Notes: a model not told the origin generated them from the sequence alone. A stretch of DNA of 62,998 nt from Bdellovibrionales bacterium RIFOXYD12_FULL_39_22 (GCA_001770205.1 MEQL01000023.1:1-62998); one strand, 5' to 3'. Positions 19,087-32,067 are shown, counted from the first letter of the stretch. Numbers and translations: made by a program.

Positions 19087-19830
19087 TCATTTTTTCAGAT
19101 TCAATGATTGTTCATTTGCCCTAAGATATTCTTCAACATCGTTAAAAACAGGGAAAAGATTTTCATTCGGATATGAACCAGGTCTGATTCTTGGCCACCT
19201 GCGTAGATAATATGGATGACTTTCAATTCTTTTATGATTGGTACTTGCAAACAATTTCATATTAAATTCTTTAACAAACTCTATATTCCCCTCAATTTTA
19301 TTTTCTTTTCGGTTTTTTTCAATTTCAGTTACAAGGTGTTTTAGCATATCTCTACAAAAGGAAAAAATCAGGTATTTTTTTTGGTTCAAATATTTACTAA
19401 ACTCTACCTCTTGTTTTTCTATCAATCTGAAGACGGCTTGAACTCTAAAAATGACAATTTCATTTAAATAGTCAATCGCCCTAGAATCTGGAATGTCTAA
19501 CTCTCTTAATTTTTCCCAAAGCTCATAGGGAAGGATTTTTCTATCTAAATGTCCAACTGTTTGTTTAAGTCCATGACACCTCCCTATTCTTGTTAGCTGA
19601 GAACTATGCAAATAAGTCAGGAAAGGAATTTTGCTTAATTGGTTTTGAATTCGAGATAATTCCTTTGTGTATTTTCTGCGGTTATAAAAAAACTCGTAAT
19701 ATGGTCTTATCATTAAAATGAAAACTGCTAGTAAGGATCCAGTTCCAACATTTTTTAGTATCTTGAAGTAGTTGATGGTACTTGCAAAGTGCGCGGTATT
19801 ATCTACTATGTCTGAAAGCATTCTGTTCAT
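19087..19830 (-). CDS. Single-pass membrane hypothetical protein
   Basis: N-terminal hydrophobic helix GSLLAVFILMI followed by RRK; AGGAG RBS. Confidence 0.65.
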   Translation of the reverse strand: MNRMLSDIVDNTAHFASTINYFKILKNVGTGSLLAVFILMIRPYYEFFYNRRKYTKELSRIQNQLSKIPFLTYLHSSQLTRIGRCHGLKQTVGHLDRKILPYELWEKLRELDIPDSRAIDYLNEIVIFRVQAVFRLIEKQEVEFSKYLNQKKYLIFSFCRDMLKHLVTEIEKNRKENKIEGNIEFVKEFNMKLFASTNHKRIESHPYYLRRWPRIRPGSYPNENLFPVFNDVEEYLRANEQSLNLKK

Positions 19831-19868
19831 TTACTTTCTCCTTGATCAGTTCAGTTTTTACTCGTTCA

Positions 19869-20666
19869 TTAGGATTCATAAACTAGGTTTTTATCTTTAA
19901 ACTGATCTATTAAACTACTAACTGAACAACAGTATTTGAAAGTCCAATAATATTTCTCCCATATTTTTTTATCTTTCTCAAAAAGTTCCAAACATTTATG
20001 GAGAAATTGCATTGCCCGCATTGCCTGTTGGTCAGCACTAGCATTTAAATTTTTCCTTGTTGGTGAATTATCAATAAATCTACCGTAATTTATAAAGTAA
20101 CGGTCTAAATGATCTTTTATATATAAATCTGTTTTAATATCTACTATTGAACCTGAATTGGTTACTAACAAATCTTGAATTAATATATATGGCAATGAAT
20201 GATTGGTATTTTTTTCTGCACCTAGATATGCTTTTAAATATCCGTCTCCAAAAATAACGCCATTTTTATGAAAGCATTTGCCTCTCGAAATGAACCCCCT
20301 GATTAAATAATTCCATTTCCATAGGATTTCCCATTGCATCAAGGCTAATTCAATGGATAGTAAATTGAATGCAATTGGGATTGCTGGGTATGAAACTATA
20401 ATTGAATCTGATACAACTATACATTCAAATCCATTTTCAAGTATTTCTTTATCACTGTCTGATATATCTGGTAATGAACCAAACAGTTTGTTTTTTTCTT
20501 TTTTGTCTTCAAGTTTTTTCATCGTCTCCAATATTTTTTTGACACGCATAAATTTGTCATAATCGACACCAATTTCATTAACTTCATTTGTGAAGCCCTG
20601 AAGGTCTATATATGCCACTATCCTATCTTCAAATTCACTTAACTTATTTTCCATGGTCATTTCCAT
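19869..20666 (-). CDS. Class III nucleotidyl cyclase-like protein
   Basis: VAYIDLQGF (first metal Asp), VVSDSIIVS (second Asp), IRGFISRG, IFGDGYLKAY; start uncertain (20654-20705). Confidence 0.7.
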   Translation of the reverse strand: MEMTMENKLSEFEDRIVAYIDLQGFTNEVNEIGVDYDKFMRVKKILETMKKLEDKKEKNKLFGSLPDISDSDKEILENGFECIVVSDSIIVSYPAIPIAFNLLSIELALMQWEILWKWNYLIRGFISRGKCFHKNGVIFGDGYLKAYLGAEKNTNHSLPYILIQDLLVTNSGSIVDIKTDLYIKDHLDRYFINYGRFIDNSPTRKNLNASADQQAMRAMQFLHKCLELFEKDKKIWEKYYWTFKYCCSVSSLIDQFKDKNLVYES

Positions 20667-20717
20667 TTTAGATTTTATACTGTTCGGAAGTTTACCAACC
20701 ATCAAGTTTTGAGATCC

Positions 20718-21239
20718 CTAATAAAAAAAGCGCCAGCCAAAATCTAATCCTCCAACTCCAGCCCGAGGATCTTGTTGTAAAGCATTTGCATAGACTCTGA
20801 TTATTAATGGAGGCCAAATTATCCATTCCATGAAGGCACTAAATCCTCGATTTCGATCTAAAGAATTCATTGCATAACCAAATCCCATTTTATATGACAA
20901 AAATCCTTTCCCAAGGTAGCAACCGATATTGAAAGACATAATATAATTAGTCTGACCAGGCCATTTGCCCGTATCATTGAATTTTACCATTTTCAGCATT
21001 GGATTAAATGTAAAGGCAACACTTTTAAAATTTAAAAAACGATAATCATAATCAATGCCATATCCAAGTTCACTAAACGTTGCTCCAGTGTGAATATTTT
21101 TATCTGGGCTATTCAGGGAATAAAATCCTGTTAGATACAGTCCATAAGATGACTTATATTTATCAACTGGACTTTCGTACGATGAATATGCTGTTGTTGA
21201 AAATAAAATGAACAAGGTCAACGCAATACATTGCTTCAT
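20718..21239 (-). CDS. Small outer-membrane beta-barrel-like protein
   Basis: Signal peptide; amphipathic strands; C-terminus GGLDFGWRFFY. Confidence 0.65.
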   Translation of the reverse strand: MKQCIALTLFILFSTTAYSSYESPVDKYKSSYGLYLTGFYSLNSPDKNIHTGATFSELGYGIDYDYRFLNFKSVAFTFNPMLKMVKFNDTGKWPGQTNYIMSFNIGCYLGKGFLSYKMGFGYAMNSLDRNRGFSAFMEWIIWPPLIIRVYANALQQDPRAGVGGLDFGWRFFY

Positions 21240-21269
21240 TCTAAAAACCCCTCGTACCCCTGAAAATGC

Positions 21270-21298
21270 AAAAGGGCCATCTTTCGATGGCCCTTTTT
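21270..21298. terminator. Bidirectional intrinsic terminator downstream of tRNA-Asp
   Basis: AAAAGGGCCATC-TTTC-GATGGCCCTTTTT hairpin with A and T tails. Confidence 0.8.
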
Positions 21299-21354
21299 GT
21301 CTAAGTTCAAAGACTTAGTCCCCTTTGCAGGGGTGCGAATATGGCGGGAGCGAA
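21273..21354. repeat. att-like direct repeat, right junction (overlaps the intact tRNA)
   Basis: 82-bp identity to 74-155. Confidence 0.9.
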
Positions 21355-21418
21355 GGGGCTCGAACCCTCGGCCTTCTGCGTGACAGGCAGACGTTATAAC
21401 CAACTTAACTACGCCCCC
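21342..21418 (-). tRNA. tRNA-Asp (GTC)
   Basis: Reverse complement GGGGGCGTAGTTAAGTTGGTTATAACGTCTGCCTGTCACGCAGAAGGCCGAGGGTTCGAGCCCCTTCGCTCCCGCCA: 77 nt cloverleaf, anticodon GTC, TTCGA loop, encoded CCA. Confidence 0.97.
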
Positions 21419-21505
21419 AAAAAATTTAACAAGTTGATGTTTTGAAGAATATATGGAGATTTGCCATTTTCGTCAAGCAAAAAGATCGGTGTAGATCGCT
21501 GCTAT

Positions 21506-22063
21506 TTATTCAATTGTTATTTTGGCGTTTTCAATAATGGCATCAAATTTATAGCCCGAACCAATATCTTTTCCATAAGTGATTTTGCCGGTAACAATGA
21601 TGGTCTGCCCCACCTTTACTTCTTGGCCGGCAGTAACAATAAGATCATTAGTGCCCTCTTTTCCACTGCCATCCTGGATATGTATCCAGTTCGTCCCCAT
21701 AATTTGGCCATTAAATTTTACTACCTTGCCTCTGATCTTTATCTCTTTCCCGGCCAAAGTTGCTTGTAGAGTATAGGCTTCTTCTACTGTCTGGCCTCCT
21801 TCGATCCTGGGAATAGATCCGGCCTCGACTTTCGTGGCAGTATTTTGCGCATGCATGTCAGTGGCCCCGCTATTACCAATAGACGGATGTCCTGGCGGTA
21901 ACTCTCCGCCATTTGTAGTATCTTGTGCCGGTGATGCACTTGTTGAGGAAACTTGGTTGCTATTTATTGGGTCTGCCTGCTCTACCTTAAAATCCTTCTT
22001 GCACGAAGCAAGAAGGATTGCAAATGCAAATAATAGGGCGAGCAGTAATTTATTACTGTCCAC
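21506..22063 (-). CDS. Lipoprotein with a C-terminal OB-fold domain
   Basis: Lipobox LLASC; LPPGHP motif; GKVVKFNGQIMGTNWIHIQDGSG...KDIGSGY OB-fold family pattern. Confidence 0.8.
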   Translation of the reverse strand: MDSNKLLLALLFAFAILLASCKKDFKVEQADPINSNQVSSTSASPAQDTTNGGELPPGHPSIGNSGATDMHAQNTATKVEAGSIPRIEGGQTVEEAYTLQATLAGKEIKIRGKVVKFNGQIMGTNWIHIQDGSGKEGTNDLIVTAGQEVKVGQTIIVTGKITYGKDIGSGYKFDAIIENAKITIE

Positions 22064-22286
22064 CGGTCTCCCCCTCTGCTGGAGCAGCTTCTTCCGTCAT
22101 CGGAGTTGCTTCAGCTGGAGCGGCTTCCACTGGCTGTGCTTCCACTGCTGGTGCTTCGGCCGGTGCGGCTTCAGCGGCAGCTTCTACTGCTGGTGCAGTC
22201 TCAGTTGCTGGTTGCTCATCTTTTTTGCATGCTGAAAAGATGAATAGGGCACATAGGGACAACGCTAAAATGGTCTTTAATTTCAT
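22053..22286 (-). CDS. Small Ala/Glu/Pro-rich lipoprotein
   Basis: Lipobox FSAC; low-complexity tail; AGGAG RBS. Confidence 0.75.
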   Translation of the reverse strand: MKLKTILALSLCALFIFSACKKDEQPATETAPAVEAAAEAAPAEAPAVEAQPVEAAPAEATPMTEEAAPAEGETGGQ

Positions 22287-22328
22287 TTTTCTCTCCTGTT
22301 GTTGTTGTTGTCGTTGTTAATATTGTTA

Positions 22329-24113
22329 CTACTTTTCATATGGATCAAAAAATTTCCAATCTGTATAAATGGCCTCTAGTCTTGGGCCAACCAATTGATG
22401 ATAATTTTTAAATAGCTGTTGGCGAGAAGAATCTTTTTGAGCATGCCTTCCAAGCACTCTTAGCGTTTCAATATATGCCAAACCTTGACAAATTGTCTCT
22501 GCATGCATCATCAAAACTTCAACCCTTGCTGGATCTTGCCAAGCTTTCGCATTAAAAATATCTAGCGTATCCGGTTTTAATACACGAAAGAGGAGCATGG
22601 CAATATTTCTTTTAAAACGAAAATGAATCTTTTTAAAATCATCTCCATGTGAAATATCGCTGTGAATAATATTATTTTGTTGTGGAGCTATGAGCATTGA
22701 TTGAACAAATTTAGTTGGATTCTTCAATGTGTCTTTTAGCAAATCCTTCATCGCCATCAAGGCCTGAATTTGTGAAGTCCCCTCGTAGAGAAGTGGTGCG
22801 AAGCTATCGCGATGAAGTCGTTCGGCATCATAATCTCTCATCATTCCGTATCCGCCATGTACTTGAATGGCCTCTTTTGATAGCTTGGTAAATAATTCCG
22901 CTCCATAATATTTTACCAGCGGCGTTCGTCTACGCGTCCACTTACGTGCTTCAAGAAATAGCTTTTCTTCTTCAGAAGAAAATGTCACTTTGTGCCGTTT
23001 TTTAAAGTCTAGCTTTTGATAGATATCAAAATAGACGGCCGTATCAACCATCAGTGCGCGAAAAGCATCCACTTCAATTTTCATCTCCGCCAGAATTCGT
23101 TTAAGTAGCGGCAGCTCCGCAATAGGACGGCCGAACTGACGACGCTCATTCGCGTAGTTTGTAGCAATTTCTAAACATGCCTGAATGCCTCCAAGTGTCT
23201 GCATTCCCACCGCAATTCGCGCCTCGTTCATTAGATGCAGCATATATTGAAAGCCCTGATGAGGTTCTCCAACGAGTGTCGCCAAACTATTTTCGTAGAT
23301 AACTTCGCAAGTAAATGAGCCGTGAAGTCCCATTTTATCTTCATTTTTTCCGATATAATAGTTGTGCTTACGTCCACCCTTCTCGTCATCAATCCATTCT
23401 TCCGTAAAAAACAGAGAAATACCTTCTAGTCCCTCTGGAGCACCCTTAATTCGTGCCAATACAAAACCAACACCGCCCCCTCCGTTAGAAATAAAACATT
23501 TTGTCCCATTCAATAAATATTTGCCATCTGCTGTTGGAGTAGCGGAGGTTTTAAGGGCCCCAACATCTGAACCAGCACCAGGCTCCGTCAAGCACATGGC
23601 ACCAGATAGTTGGCCTTGAACCATTTGAGGAACAATGCGCTTTTTAGTATCGTCATTACAAAAACGCTCCACCATATCTATGATGGAAGTAAAAAATCCA
23701 AGTTGCACAGTAGATGCCTGGCACGATTGGGCGGTCATCGCAAAAACAAGTAACATCACTGAGGAGGGAGCATTCATTCCTCCAAATTCTCGCTGCGCCC
23801 CTAAGGCAAAATAACCTAATTCCTGGGCCTCGCGATATAAATCCTTGAGCAAATCACTCGGGATGGTTTCGCCATTTTCCACTCTCCCTGCTCCATGGCG
23901 ATCAAGTTCTCGTGCCCGATTTCTCATTGCTGTTGCCGACCATCCGGCAATTGAAGAAAGTAGTTCCTCATAAAATTTAACAACTTCTTCTGGTGACTCT
24001 TGCCCATCTTCGGTGGGAAAAGTCGGATAATATAGTGGAATTAATTTTTTCCAGTCAAAAGCATTTTTAAAGAGCCACTGCCATTCGCTGGAATCAGTGT
24101 AGTAATTGGCCAT
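22329..24113 (-). CDS. Acyl-CoA dehydrogenase
   Basis: MCLTEPGAGSDVG, LNGTKCFIS, EDKMGLHGS, MNEARI, RRQFG, QVHGGYG, YEGTSQIQ. Confidence 0.95.
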   Translation of the reverse strand: MANYYTDSSEWQWLFKNAFDWKKLIPLYYPTFPTEDGQESPEEVVKFYEELLSSIAGWSATAMRNRARELDRHGAGRVENGETIPSDLLKDLYREAQELGYFALGAQREFGGMNAPSSVMLLVFAMTAQSCQASTVQLGFFTSIIDMVERFCNDDTKKRIVPQMVQGQLSGAMCLTEPGAGSDVGALKTSATPTADGKYLLNGTKCFISNGGGGVGFVLARIKGAPEGLEGISLFFTEEWIDDEKGGRKHNYYIGKNEDKMGLHGSFTCEVIYENSLATLVGEPHQGFQYMLHLMNEARIAVGMQTLGGIQACLEIATNYANERRQFGRPIAELPLLKRILAEMKIEVDAFRALMVDTAVYFDIYQKLDFKKRHKVTFSSEEEKLFLEARKWTRRRTPLVKYYGAELFTKLSKEAIQVHGGYGMMRDYDAERLHRDSFAPLLYEGTSQIQALMAMKDLLKDTLKNPTKFVQSMLIAPQQNNIIHSDISHGDDFKKIHFRFKRNIAMLLFRVLKPDTLDIFNAKAWQDPARVEVLMMHAETICQGLAYIETLRVLGRHAQKDSSRQQLFKNYHQLVGPRLEAIYTDWKFFDPYEK

Positions 24114-24280
24114 TGAACAATCCTTTGTTAGCAATGAACACACAATTCGATTATTTGTGAAATACCAGATTATTTTAACTCACTTAATTTAGAAGCACAA
24201 ATATCTTATCAAAAAAAATAAATGGGCATACAATTATGCTTATCGTTTAAATCTTAAATTCAATTTAGCTAGGAGTTCTT

Positions 24281-27612
<3,332 letters not shown>

Positions 27613-27703
27613 TTCCCGACCAAAGCATTTTACTCTGTGGCCTTTATTCTATTCCAAAAAAATGACACTTAAGATTTGAATTACTTTGTCGATAACAATA
27701 TCG

Positions 27704-28342
27704 ATGAATAGTAATCTTCTAAGTATATTTATTTTTGCCTTCCTGCTCATCTTAATAAATTCTTGTGCCAATACAAGGCCATTTCTTAACATTGATGCCA
27801 ATCAAAAAGAAGTCGATGTTTTTGCAAAAACGGCCGGAGAAAAAGAGTTTAAAAAAGTTGGGACGACTCCCTATAAAGTAGAATTCAATGAATTGCGCAA
27901 AACCATGAATCTTAGCAAAATACCAATGGTTTTTGAGATAAGAAAAGCAACCTACATAACTCGCCAATTTGTAGTCGTTGATATGGGAAGTGCCGATATG
28001 AATTTGTATTTTGAATTAGAAGAGAGTCGCGACCTAGAAGAAGTAGATAGAATGAATAAACTCTCCAGTAGACTTTTTGAGGCACAACGATTAATTAGGG
28101 CAAAAAATTATAACGACGGAACCAAGCTACTTGCAGAATTAGCGCAAGAATATCCCTACGCATCTATCGTCTATGAACTACAAGGCGGCCTTTACTATCT
28201 AAAAAAAGAGATGCAAAATGCGTTGGATGCTTTCTCTACGGCCTTAAAGTATGATCCGAAAAATGTAGTGGCCTTTAGAATGAAACGTTTCTTGGAAGCA
28301 AAGCTAAACGTTACCAGGCCATATCAGGAGGAGAAACGATGA
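27704..28342 (+). CDS. PEGA-like plus TPR lipoprotein
   Basis: Lipobox INSC; VGTTP...IRKATY PEGA-like motif; C-terminal TPRs (ALKYDPKN); ATGA overlap with the next gene. Confidence 0.75.
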   Translation: MNSNLLSIFIFAFLLILINSCANTRPFLNIDANQKEVDVFAKTAGEKEFKKVGTTPYKVEFNELRKTMNLSKIPMVFEIRKATYITRQFVVVDMGSADMNLYFELEESRDLEEVDRMNKLSSRLFEAQRLIRAKNYNDGTKLLAELAQEYPYASIVYELQGGLYYLKKEMQNALDAFSTALKYDPKNVVAFRMKRFLEAKLNVTRPYQEEKR

Positions 28343-30312
28343 AGGCCAATAGCGACGCTTTCTTAAAAACCATCTTCCTCTCTTTACTTTTAACTTTTCC
28401 GCTTGTCGCCCTGGACAATGGGCAAGCATCTGTAGAATGGCAAAAAATCCTTTTGGAAGAAAAAATTCAAGGCCATTTACAAAATCTAATTTCAACCATC
28501 TTATTAAAAAATGAATTCACCGTAGTTGCCACTGTCAAAGTAGAATCCCCAGAGCTAACTGATCTTGCGAGTAATGATTCTGAGGGGGAAAATCAAAATA
28601 ATAGTAATAGTGGAATAAAATTTTCAGATATACCGGCCAGCGTTGATGGAGGAGATGACCTAATCTTATTAGAAAAATTGGGGATAGCAGCACCATCATA
28701 TCCTAGCGAAACTCAGGATAAAGCATCACCCATGCTCTTGCAAAATAGCATTAAGGAGCAGGCCGAGTTACTCTCCAAGTTTGATCTCTTTAAATTTATC
28801 ACTGAAGTTTCTATTCGAATCATCATCGACGAAAAAGTTGATAATGCCAAAAAAGATGCTGTAAAAAAACTGCTCTCGGAACTCTCCTTAAAATTTGGAG
28901 AGTTTCAAGCGACTATTGAAACTAAATTTATGGCACTAGACTTTTCAAGCGAACAGGCGCCAATTAAAGAGAAGGTCGTCTGGTGGGAGATACCGCTCAA
29001 ATTTGCCAATGCTCTGGGAATGATTATGGCCGCTATTATTCTATCGATACTAGCGGTTACTCTCTTTAAACGACACCATGCCTTTTTAGAACAGCGCTCT
29101 GAAGATGGAAAATCTGATAACGAGAATAACTCCCAAGCAGAAATTGATGCGGTCACTGCGCTACAAGGTAGCAGTGTCGGAGGCCCTGCCGCAACAGCAG
29201 GAGGAGGCAGCGGAGAGACAAATAATTCTTCGCAATCTTTTTTAAAAAAGGAGAGCGGCCCAGAACGATTTAAAAATTTACTTAAAGAACATCCAAGTCG
29301 CGCCGGCCTATTGATCAAGCGTTGGATCAAGATAAAATCTCCCAAAAGTAGTTGGGGATTATCTCTTATTACGTCTCGCTTAGAAACTAAAGAATTGGCA
29401 TCAATTTTTAAATTGGTTTCAGAGCAAGAACGCAACGAATGGCGACGATTAATTTCTCCTCTAAATTCCAGCGAAGAGTCCGAGGCAGAGTTATTTGTTG
29501 AGGCCCAAATAATGGAAGAATTGCTATCCACTTCGATGCTACCCTTAGAGGCAAACACTCTTCTTTCTTCTCTTTCTATAAAAGATGCTGTGGAATTATC
29601 CTCTAAAAATCTAAAGGTGGGAGTTCTTTTAATCAACAGTATGAATACTCAATTTGTCACATCCCTACTGGCCGGACTGGGGGCCGATACCGTTGCTAAG
29701 CTAATAACCGAAAGTATGAAAGTCACCTCCGAAATCCTTCCTCGTCTTTTTGAGGATATCCGTGGCGAATTAGAAGCAAAATTACAGCGGCCAGAAAAAT
29801 CTCCTTTTATAAAGAGAATTGCCGAACTAATTCCTACTGCCACCCTAGAATTGGAATATGAATTTTGGAATGTTCTAGTTGCAAATCGAGAATTTGCTGC
29901 AATTCAAGAAATTTCTAAAAGCTACTTTCCTTCTCTGTTAATGTCTCAACTTCCTCTTCCTCTTGTTCGACAAACACTAGTAGCATATCCCAAAGCAAAA
30001 CGAATTGAATTTTTCATTTCGCAAGATGCAGATCTACGCAAATTATATATCGACTCTTTTTGCCAAGAGGGATCAAAACTTCGAGAATTACTTGATTTAG
30101 ATATTGATACTATTGAGCGCAATCAGATCTTGGCCCGCAGGATCAAACGCAACGCTAACGAAATTATCAAGGACTTTTACGATTTTAGTCGTCAACTACT
30201 AAGACAAAATCCAGATCTTCAAGACAAAGCACAAGACACAGTAATATCTTGGTTAGAGGAACTCCAAAATAGCGTCCAAGGAACAAAGCAAAAAACAAAA
30301 CTTGCCGCTTAA
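28339..30312 (+). CDS. Putative FliF(RBM3 + C-tail)-FliG fusion protein
   Basis: Signal peptide; split RBM3-like segments LEEKIQGHLQNLI..FTVVATVKV and ITEVSIRIIID..VKKLL..G..IET..F; one TM helix; FliF-C-like EHPSRAGLLIKRWI; then FliG N/M/C-like helical repeats. Confidence 0.65.
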   Translation: MKANSDAFLKTIFLSLLLTFPLVALDNGQASVEWQKILLEEKIQGHLQNLISTILLKNEFTVVATVKVESPELTDLASNDSEGENQNNSNSGIKFSDIPASVDGGDDLILLEKLGIAAPSYPSETQDKASPMLLQNSIKEQAELLSKFDLFKFITEVSIRIIIDEKVDNAKKDAVKKLLSELSLKFGEFQATIETKFMALDFSSEQAPIKEKVVWWEIPLKFANALGMIMAAIILSILAVTLFKRHHAFLEQRSEDGKSDNENNSQAEIDAVTALQGSSVGGPAATAGGGSGETNNSSQSFLKKESGPERFKNLLKEHPSRAGLLIKRWIKIKSPKSSWGLSLITSRLETKELASIFKLVSEQERNEWRRLISPLNSSEESEAELFVEAQIMEELLSTSMLPLEANTLLSSLSIKDAVELSSKNLKVGVLLINSMNTQFVTSLLAGLGADTVAKLITESMKVTSEILPRLFEDIRGELEAKLQRPEKSPFIKRIAELIPTATLELEYEFWNVLVANREFAAIQEISKSYFPSLLMSQLPLPLVRQTLVAYPKAKRIEFFISQDADLRKLYIDSFCQEGSKLRELLDLDIDTIERNQILARRIKRNANEIIKDFYDFSRQLLRQNPDLQDKAQDTVISWLEELQNSVQGTKQKTKLAA

Positions 30313-30328
30313 TAAATCATAACCAGAT

Positions 30329-31267
30329 TTAAAAAAAGACACCCAGTCCAATCTTATCGCGAGGAGCATCTTTGGGATATAATACCTTAATAATTACTCT
30401 TCGATTATGCCGCCGATTTTCCAAAATGGGTTTTCCCAATCCATTAACCTCAGAATAAAGCGGCCTGGCCGATCCAAAGCCGACGGCCACTAATCTCTCT
30501 GGAGGAAATCCTGCCCGTTCAAATTTACGCAAAACATAGGCCGCACGCACGGAGGATAGTTCCCAATTAGAAGGATAAATTTTGCTATTTAATGGCACAC
30601 CATCGGTATGGCCTTCTATCATAATGGGAAAGTTATATCCGGCATTTTTAATTATATCGATTAAAAAATCAATTGACTCTTCTACCTCTCGATCCGGCGC
30701 CACATGGCCTGATTCAAAAAAATTCGAGGAGGTAAAAACAATTTCTAATCCTTGCTCATAGCTAACGGTCACTGTTTTTGAAGAATCAGAAAACTCTTTT
30801 ACTGAGGCCAATAGCTGCTGCATCTGCACTTTTTCTTGTTCGGCCTTTTCCTTTTCTGCTGCTGATTGTTCTAAATCTTGTTTTTGCATCTCTTCACTTT
30901 GCTCACTAGTGCTAGTCGGCGAAGCTGCTTCTGATTGATCCACCATTTCTCCCACAATAGGTTCTAGTACTCGCTCGTTTTTCTTGCCTTGTTTGGTACT
31001 TTTTTGTGAAGCAGAAACATCCACTTCCCCTTTCTCTCCAGAATCCTCAATTAGCGAACCATTAAAATAGCGGGCCATCTCCTGCGCACGCTTTTGAAAT
31101 ATGGGATCTTCATAATTGGCAAAACCCACCAATAAAATGAAAAAACAGGCCATCAGCGACATTAAATCAGCGTAAGAGGTTAACCATGTTCCTTCGGTGT
31201 TGGCCTTGGCCGATGATGAATCATCTAATACTCTGCGTCTTTTTTTTCTCACACTTTGCTCAGTCAT
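30329..31267 (-). CDS. motB: MotB/PomB-family stator subunit
   Basis: WLTSYADLMSLMACFFILL with the channel Asp; OmpA-like IEGHTD, SNWELSSVRA, NRRV. Confidence 0.93.
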   Translation of the reverse strand: MTEQSVRKKRRRVLDDSSSAKANTEGTWLTSYADLMSLMACFFILLVGFANYEDPIFQKRAQEMARYFNGSLIEDSGEKGEVDVSASQKSTKQGKKNERVLEPIVGEMVDQSEAASPTSTSEQSEEMQKQDLEQSAAEKEKAEQEKVQMQQLLASVKEFSDSSKTVTVSYEQGLEIVFTSSNFFESGHVAPDREVEESIDFLIDIIKNAGYNFPIMIEGHTDGVPLNSKIYPSNWELSSVRAAYVLRKFERAGFPPERLVAVGFGSARPLYSEVNGLGKPILENRRHNRRVIIKVLYPKDAPRDKIGLGVFF

Positions 31268-32067
31268 TATCTACCTGCCCTGACACTTTTCCAATCTAAC
31301 CGACTAGATGGAAGTAAGTAGGAATTTAATATCTCGGCCAATAAGATGGGATTAGTTTTTTCTAAGATTAGTTCTACTCCTCGAATAATAATTTTATTTT
31401 TTACAAAAACCTCTTCCGATGAATCGAGCAAGTTTTCACCTACTGGTAAAATGACCATATTTGAAATAACCGCACCGTACAGGGTGGTTATCAAGCAAAT
31501 TCCCATGGCCGGGCCCATTGTTTTCATCGCATCTTTTTCGCCTAAACTTCCTAAGAGAACAATCATTCCAATAGTTGTTCCCATCATTCCAAAGGCCGGA
31601 GGATATTTGGCCAATGACATAAAACGATTAGCGTCCTTAACGTACATACTATTTAAATTCTGGGCCCGCTCATCTAAAATTTCTAACAACCGATCGGCCT
31701 CTGCCACTTCATCAACAATAAGCTGTAGTGACTCTCTTAAAAATGCATCTTTTACGTTGGGAAGTATTTTTTCTAATGATGTTCCCGTGCGATAATCTTC
31801 ACAAACTTGCATTAGCTCTTTGATGGTGACGGCATAATCGGCACGTTTAAAGCGCAGCACTCTACTAAAAAATACTTTTACTAGGCGCAGTACTCGGTCA
31901 AATTGTAGCGCTATGGCCGAAGAAACGATAGAACCGCCCACTACGATGAAAATAGAAATTAAATCAAAAAAAACTTTGATTCCACCTGAATTTTGCGCCG
32001 ATAGCTCCAAGCTGAAATAGAGAACTATCGATCCAGCAATCATTGCTAGCACGGCATATATATTCAT
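31267..32067 (-). CDS. motA: MotA/PomA-family stator subunit
   Basis: IVVGGS, DAFLRESLQLIVD, PAFGMMGTTIG, MGPAM..LITTLYG; 266 aa. Confidence 0.93.
   Translation of the reverse strand: MNIYAVLAMIAGSIVLYFSLELSAQNSGGIKVFFDLISIFIVVGGSIVSSAIALQFDRVLRLVKVFFSRVLRFKRADYAVTIKELMQVCEDYRTGTSLEKILPNVKDAFLRESLQLIVDEVAEADRLLEILDERAQNLNSMYVKDANRFMSLAKYPPAFGMMGTTIGMIVLLGSLGEKDAMKTMGPAMGICLITTLYGAVISNMVILPVGENLLDSSEEVFVKNKIIIRGVELILEKTNPILLAEILNSYLLPSSRLDWKSVRAGR

Larger units (their letters stand above)
74..21354. mobile_element. ~21 kb tRNA-Asp-integrated genomic island (integrative, satellite/IME-like element)
   Basis: Flanking 82-bp direct repeats overlapping the tRNA 3' end; two tyrosine recombinases, helicase/primase module, defence cargo; lower GC than the downstream host DNA. 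Confidence 0.88.

Noticed and set aside
17059..21239. Integron cassette array (co-oriented cargo including aac(6'))
   Set aside because: No convincing attC-type RYYYAAC...GTTRRRY hairpins in the intergenic gaps, and neither recombinase shows a recognisable IntI-specific insertion.
74..21354. Complete prophage or ICE
   Set aside because: No terminase, capsid, tail, relaxase or type IV secretion genes were recognisable.
22297..22318. (GTT)n microsatellite
   Set aside because: Short imperfect intergenic repeat with no evidence of function.
30329..32067. Zorya ZorA/ZorB defence system
   Set aside because: MotA is a canonical 266-aa stator without the long ZorA tail, no ZorC/D/E genes are adjacent, and the locus is in host-like DNA.
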